Part shown: positions 46,399 to 48,929 of the stretch, in pieces
Layout: each line of letters starts with the position of its first letter
How positions within the stretch are numbered: the stretch's first letter is position 1
Assembly (NCBI GenBank): GCA_043751595.1
Contig: JAYUZR010000030.1
Location: forward strand, 1 to 48,929
DNA from: Candidatus Berkelbacteria bacterium
GTDB lineage: Bacteria; Patescibacteriota; UBA1384; CAILIB01
Length of the DNA: 48,929 nucleotides
Reading direction: 5' to 3'
Translations under genes and position numbers: made by a program
Notes under the pieces: generated by a model
Told to the model about the DNA's origin: nothing
Seen by the model: only the letters and a program-made list of their open reading frames with translations
The model's database searches: none

Positions 46399-47060
46399 CC
46401 GAATAGTACTTCGGTATAATCTGTAATTGCAGCCTCGGCACCAAAACGGAGAAGATCTTCTTCTGTTTCTTCGGTTTGCAACCCAATAACGCGAACCCCT
46501 GCCGCAAGGCCAGCCGCGATACCAGACTCTGAGTCTTCAAAAATAACTGCACGGTTTGGAGTAACACCGAGTGCCTGCAAGGTTCGCAGGTAGATCTCCG
46601 GATCAGGCTTTGGTTTTTCTATCTGGTAGCCATTAATAACAGACTGAAAAACATCGGCAAGACCAAGTGTACTTAGTGCAAAATCAATGTTTTCTGGGGG
46701 CGAAGAGCTGGCTACGGCAAGCTTAATTCCTCTTTCTTTGGCTTGAGCAATACAGGCGGAAAGCCCCGCAACCTCTTTAATGTGCGGCGCGCAAAGACTG
46801 CGATACAGGCTCTCTTTTTCGTGGATAAAGGCAGTAATTTCTTCAGCGCTAAACTCTCTATTGAACAAGGCTGGAAAGATTTCTGAACTGCGCCGAGCGT
46901 GCACTTTTGCTTGGTACTCTTCTGGCGAAACCTTGAGATGATACTTGGCAAAGAATTGCCGAAACGCCTCGCGGTGATACTGGCCATCATTAATCATCGT
47001 CCCGTTGAGATCAAAAAGGATGGCATCTAGTTCGTCCGCTTTGAGGGTGATGATGCTCAT
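46395..47060 (-). CDS. HAD-superfamily phosphatase (beta-PGM-like)
   Basis: FDLNGT, ASSS, KPDPEIY and FEDSESG. ATG 47060 lies 6 nt after TACAAT. Confidence 0.88.
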   Translation of the reverse strand: MSIITLKADELDAILFDLNGTMINDGQYHREAFRQFFAKYHLKVSPEEYQAKVHARRSSEIFPALFNREFSAEEITAFIHEKESLYRSLCAPHIKEVAGLSACIAQAKERGIKLAVASSSPPENIDFALSTLGLADVFQSVINGYQIEKPKPDPEIYLRTLQALGVTPNRAVIFEDSESGIAAGLAAGVRVIGLQTEETEEDLLRFGAEAAITDYTEVLFG

Positions 47061-47157
47061 GGGGCTATTGTAGCGAGATTCATCTTTGGCGCTAGCAGGC
47101 CTAGATCTTGTGAATCTGTTGGAATCTGATAGGTTCGAGCGCAAGGAGTTTGACAAT

Positions 47158-48132
47158 ATGAAACAGGAAGTTGTGATTGCGGTCGACGCACTCACAGAAA
47201 AGAACGGCCCAGAAGCGGTTAACGCCGTACAAAAGTACGCCCGAGAACACCCACTTGTGGGATTCCAGGTGTTTGGACCAACCGCTCTTATCACGAGCGT
47301 ACTATTTCCGGGAAATGTGCAGCTAATCGGCACTAGCGAAGTTGTCACTATGACGGATTCCCCGCGAGAAGGCTGGAAGAAGCAGGAATCACCAACCCTC
47401 AAGGCACTAAAAGCAGTGGCTGGAGGCGGAGCTCATGTCTGTGTAAGTTCCGCAAATACCGGAGCGCTCACCCTCGCGGTAAGCACGCTTCTCAAGCGCA
47501 TCTTTGGGATACTTCCACTGGCAAGCTTGATTCCCAAAGAAGATGATGGATATACAGTGCTACTCGACACGGGTAGTACGACTAACATCACTCCGGATAA
47601 GATGGTTCTTATGGGGTTAATGGCGCAAGTCCTCTTCCCCGAAGAAGCCAACCTTCGGGTAGGAATGCTAACTATCGGTACTGAGATAGGAAAAGGTACA
47701 GAGTTTCAGAAGGCAGCATTCAAGTTGTTGCAAGCGGTTTTCCCAGACATCTTCAATGTCGAGCCAGCTGGAGTTCTCTCAGGCAGCGAGGTGGATATCG
47801 CACTAGCAGACTGCCTCACTGGTAACATGTTTGTGAAAAGTGCCGGCGCCATGCTGGCACTTATTGCAGACATGATCGAAGAAAAGATTCCGAGCGTGAC
47901 CGCAACGGCTGATGAACTGGCAGTAAAGAGGAGAATACAGCGATTGATCGGCAACCGCTTTCAAATCAATAGAATGGGCGGAGCCGTGTTTCTTGGTACA
48001 GAGATTGGTACAGCAGTAAAAACCCACGGGGGATCCACCGAAGCTATGTGGATTGGAGCGCTAAAGACTGCCCACTTCGCGGCTGAGCTAAACTTGCCGA
48101 GTAAATTGGCGGAAATCAAAAAGAAAATCTAG
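47158..48132 (+). CDS. plsX: Divergent phosphate acyltransferase PlsX
   Basis: IAVDA, SANTGA, LLDTG, IGTEIGKG, TGNMFVK, GGAVFLG and VKTHGGS; SD AAGGAG. Confidence 0.8.
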   Translation: MKQEVVIAVDALTEKNGPEAVNAVQKYAREHPLVGFQVFGPTALITSVLFPGNVQLIGTSEVVTMTDSPREGWKKQESPTLKALKAVAGGGAHVCVSSANTGALTLAVSTLLKRIFGILPLASLIPKEDDGYTVLLDTGSTTNITPDKMVLMGLMAQVLFPEEANLRVGMLTIGTEIGKGTEFQKAAFKLLQAVFPDIFNVEPAGVLSGSEVDIALADCLTGNMFVKSAGAMLALIADMIEEKIPSVTATADELAVKRRIQRLIGNRFQINRMGGAVFLGTEIGTAVKTHGGSTEAMWIGALKTAHFAAELNLPSKLAEIKKKI

Positions 48133-48150
48133 ACCAAAGAAAGGAAAAGA

Positions 48151-48181
48151 AGATGGTCCCCGTGAAAGCGGGGCCATTTTT
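48151..48181 (+). terminator. Terminator after plsX
   Basis: ATGGTCCCCG-TGAAAG-CGGGGCCAT followed by a T run. Confidence 0.65.
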
Positions 48182-48196
48182 GATTCTTACGTCTAT

Positions 48197-48300
48197 GCCC
48201 CAGCGGGAAGTCGTCACTTCGCTCCTTAACCGCTCTGAGCTACGCTGCTGTTTTTCGCTTTGCTCAAATGGAATTGAGCAGCTGAACCCTGCGGGTTCAA
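48197..48300 (-). repeat. tRNA-downstream element, copy 2
   Basis: Shares the 43-nt core with 5648-5690. Bounded by an inverted T-arm copy (GCGGGTTCAA, 48291-48300) and TCCCGCTGG (48200-48208). Confidence 0.8.
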
Positions 48301-48306
48301 CCTTGC

Positions 48307-48344
48307 CCAACATAAAAGAGCCTTGAAAGGCTCTTTTATGTTGG
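48307..48344 (-). terminator. Perfect 17-bp inverted repeat overlapping the tRNA-Glu CCA
   Basis: CCAACATAAAAGAGCCT-TGAA-AGGCTCTTTTATGTTGG. Confidence 0.7.
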
Positions 48345-48418
48345 TAGCACCAGCGGGATTTGAACCCGCGATCTCTTGGATGAGAACCAAGTGTCCTAGA
48401 CCACTAGACGATGGCGCC
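48342..48418 (-). tRNA. tRNA-Glu(CTC)
   Basis: GGCGCCA/TGGTGCT acceptor stem, CTTGG-TTCTCAT-CCAAG anticodon arm, GCGGG-TTCAAAT-CCCGC T-arm, CCA. Confidence 0.95.
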
Positions 48419-48823
48419 GAAGTGAGGGAGCGGAAAAGTAAGTTAACTTACTTTTCGCGAACGAACGAGGCGTTATGTCGCAAAGCGACATGGCCGAACA
48501 TTAAGCGAACGAGGTGCCGATACCGCGAAGCGGTAGGGCGCCTATTACCGAGCGAGGCGCTGTATATCGCGTACCGATATGGCGCTTTACTCAAGAAGAA
48601 AATAAGTCTTCTCAGTCACGAATGACGTTTTGGAAACTACCAGACAATCCTCCTTCTGTCCAGACATAGCACCGCATTAACTTCCTATGCGATAATAACT
48701 ACATGTATAAGTGGCTCGCCCACTCCCTTAATCGATGGCGCCGAGTGAGAGAGCAGAGAAGTAAGTTTACTTACTTCTCTGCGAACGATCGAAGCGCCTC
48801 TCTCGCGGCAGCGAGATGGCGCC
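48419..48823 (-). repeat. Array of four hairpin units and a duplicated tRNA 5' end upstream of tRNA-Glu
   Basis: Units at about 48462-48495, 48506-48542, 48549-48585 and 48786-48823; 48409-48472 is repeated imperfectly at 48733-48797. Confidence 0.8.
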
Positions 48824-48846
48824 CTCGGGTAGCTCGTGCTGTAGTA

Positions 48847-48927
48847 CTATGCCTTGTCGTTGCAGGGTTCAGTCTTGGTGCACAAAACTTCGCCAAGGCC
48901 TTCACCATTCCAGATCAAGTCGTCATC
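48847..48927 (-). CDS. C-terminal end of a CDS running off the window
   Basis: Open frame ...DDDLIWNGEGLGEVLCTKTEPCNDKA* ending at TAG 48847. Confidence 0.35.
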   Translation of the reverse strand, partial: DDDLIWNGEGLGEVLCTKTEPCNDKA

Positions 48928-48929
48928 GA

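Noticed and set aside
46395-47402. Long N-terminal extensions in the ORF track (HAD, ruvA, rpsT, pilV, pilin, dCMP deaminase)
   Set aside because: They overlap neighbouring genes or terminators; downstream starts match family N-termini and promoter spacing.

Overview
Ordinary-looking chromosome segment from a small-genome bacterium, most likely Patescibacteria/CPR (inferred from a short ValS, a PolA lacking the 3'-5' exonuclease domain, a minor type IV pilin cluster, a wHTH-Nudix regulator and AT-richer ORFans; standard code 11). It carries housekeeping genes (sod, trxA/trxB, dinB, recD-like, ppaC-dnaG-rpoD, ruvA, valS, thyX, murE, polA, femAB, rpsT, manC-manB-ROK, plsX), tRNA-Ser(GGA) and tRNA-Glu(CTC). 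No integrase, transposase or CRISPR array was seen. Two things stand out. (1) Both tRNA genes, 43 kb apart, have the same unexplained flanking architecture. Upstream is a tandem array of hairpin units whose outer stems mimic that tRNA's own acceptor stem, each followed by TCG(C/T)TCG. Downstream is a shared ~43-nt element embedded in a split copy of that tRNA's T-arm/3' end. (2) A tightly coupled operon (dNMP kinase, two dCTP deaminase/dUTPase-fold paralogs with reciprocal active-site losses, a CYTH enzyme and a membrane protein) sits next to tRNA-Ser, facing a divergent Nudix-type regulator and a palindromic operator candidate. Many genes look leaderless, with a -10 box exactly 6 nt before the start codon. 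All calls are by eye, without database searches.
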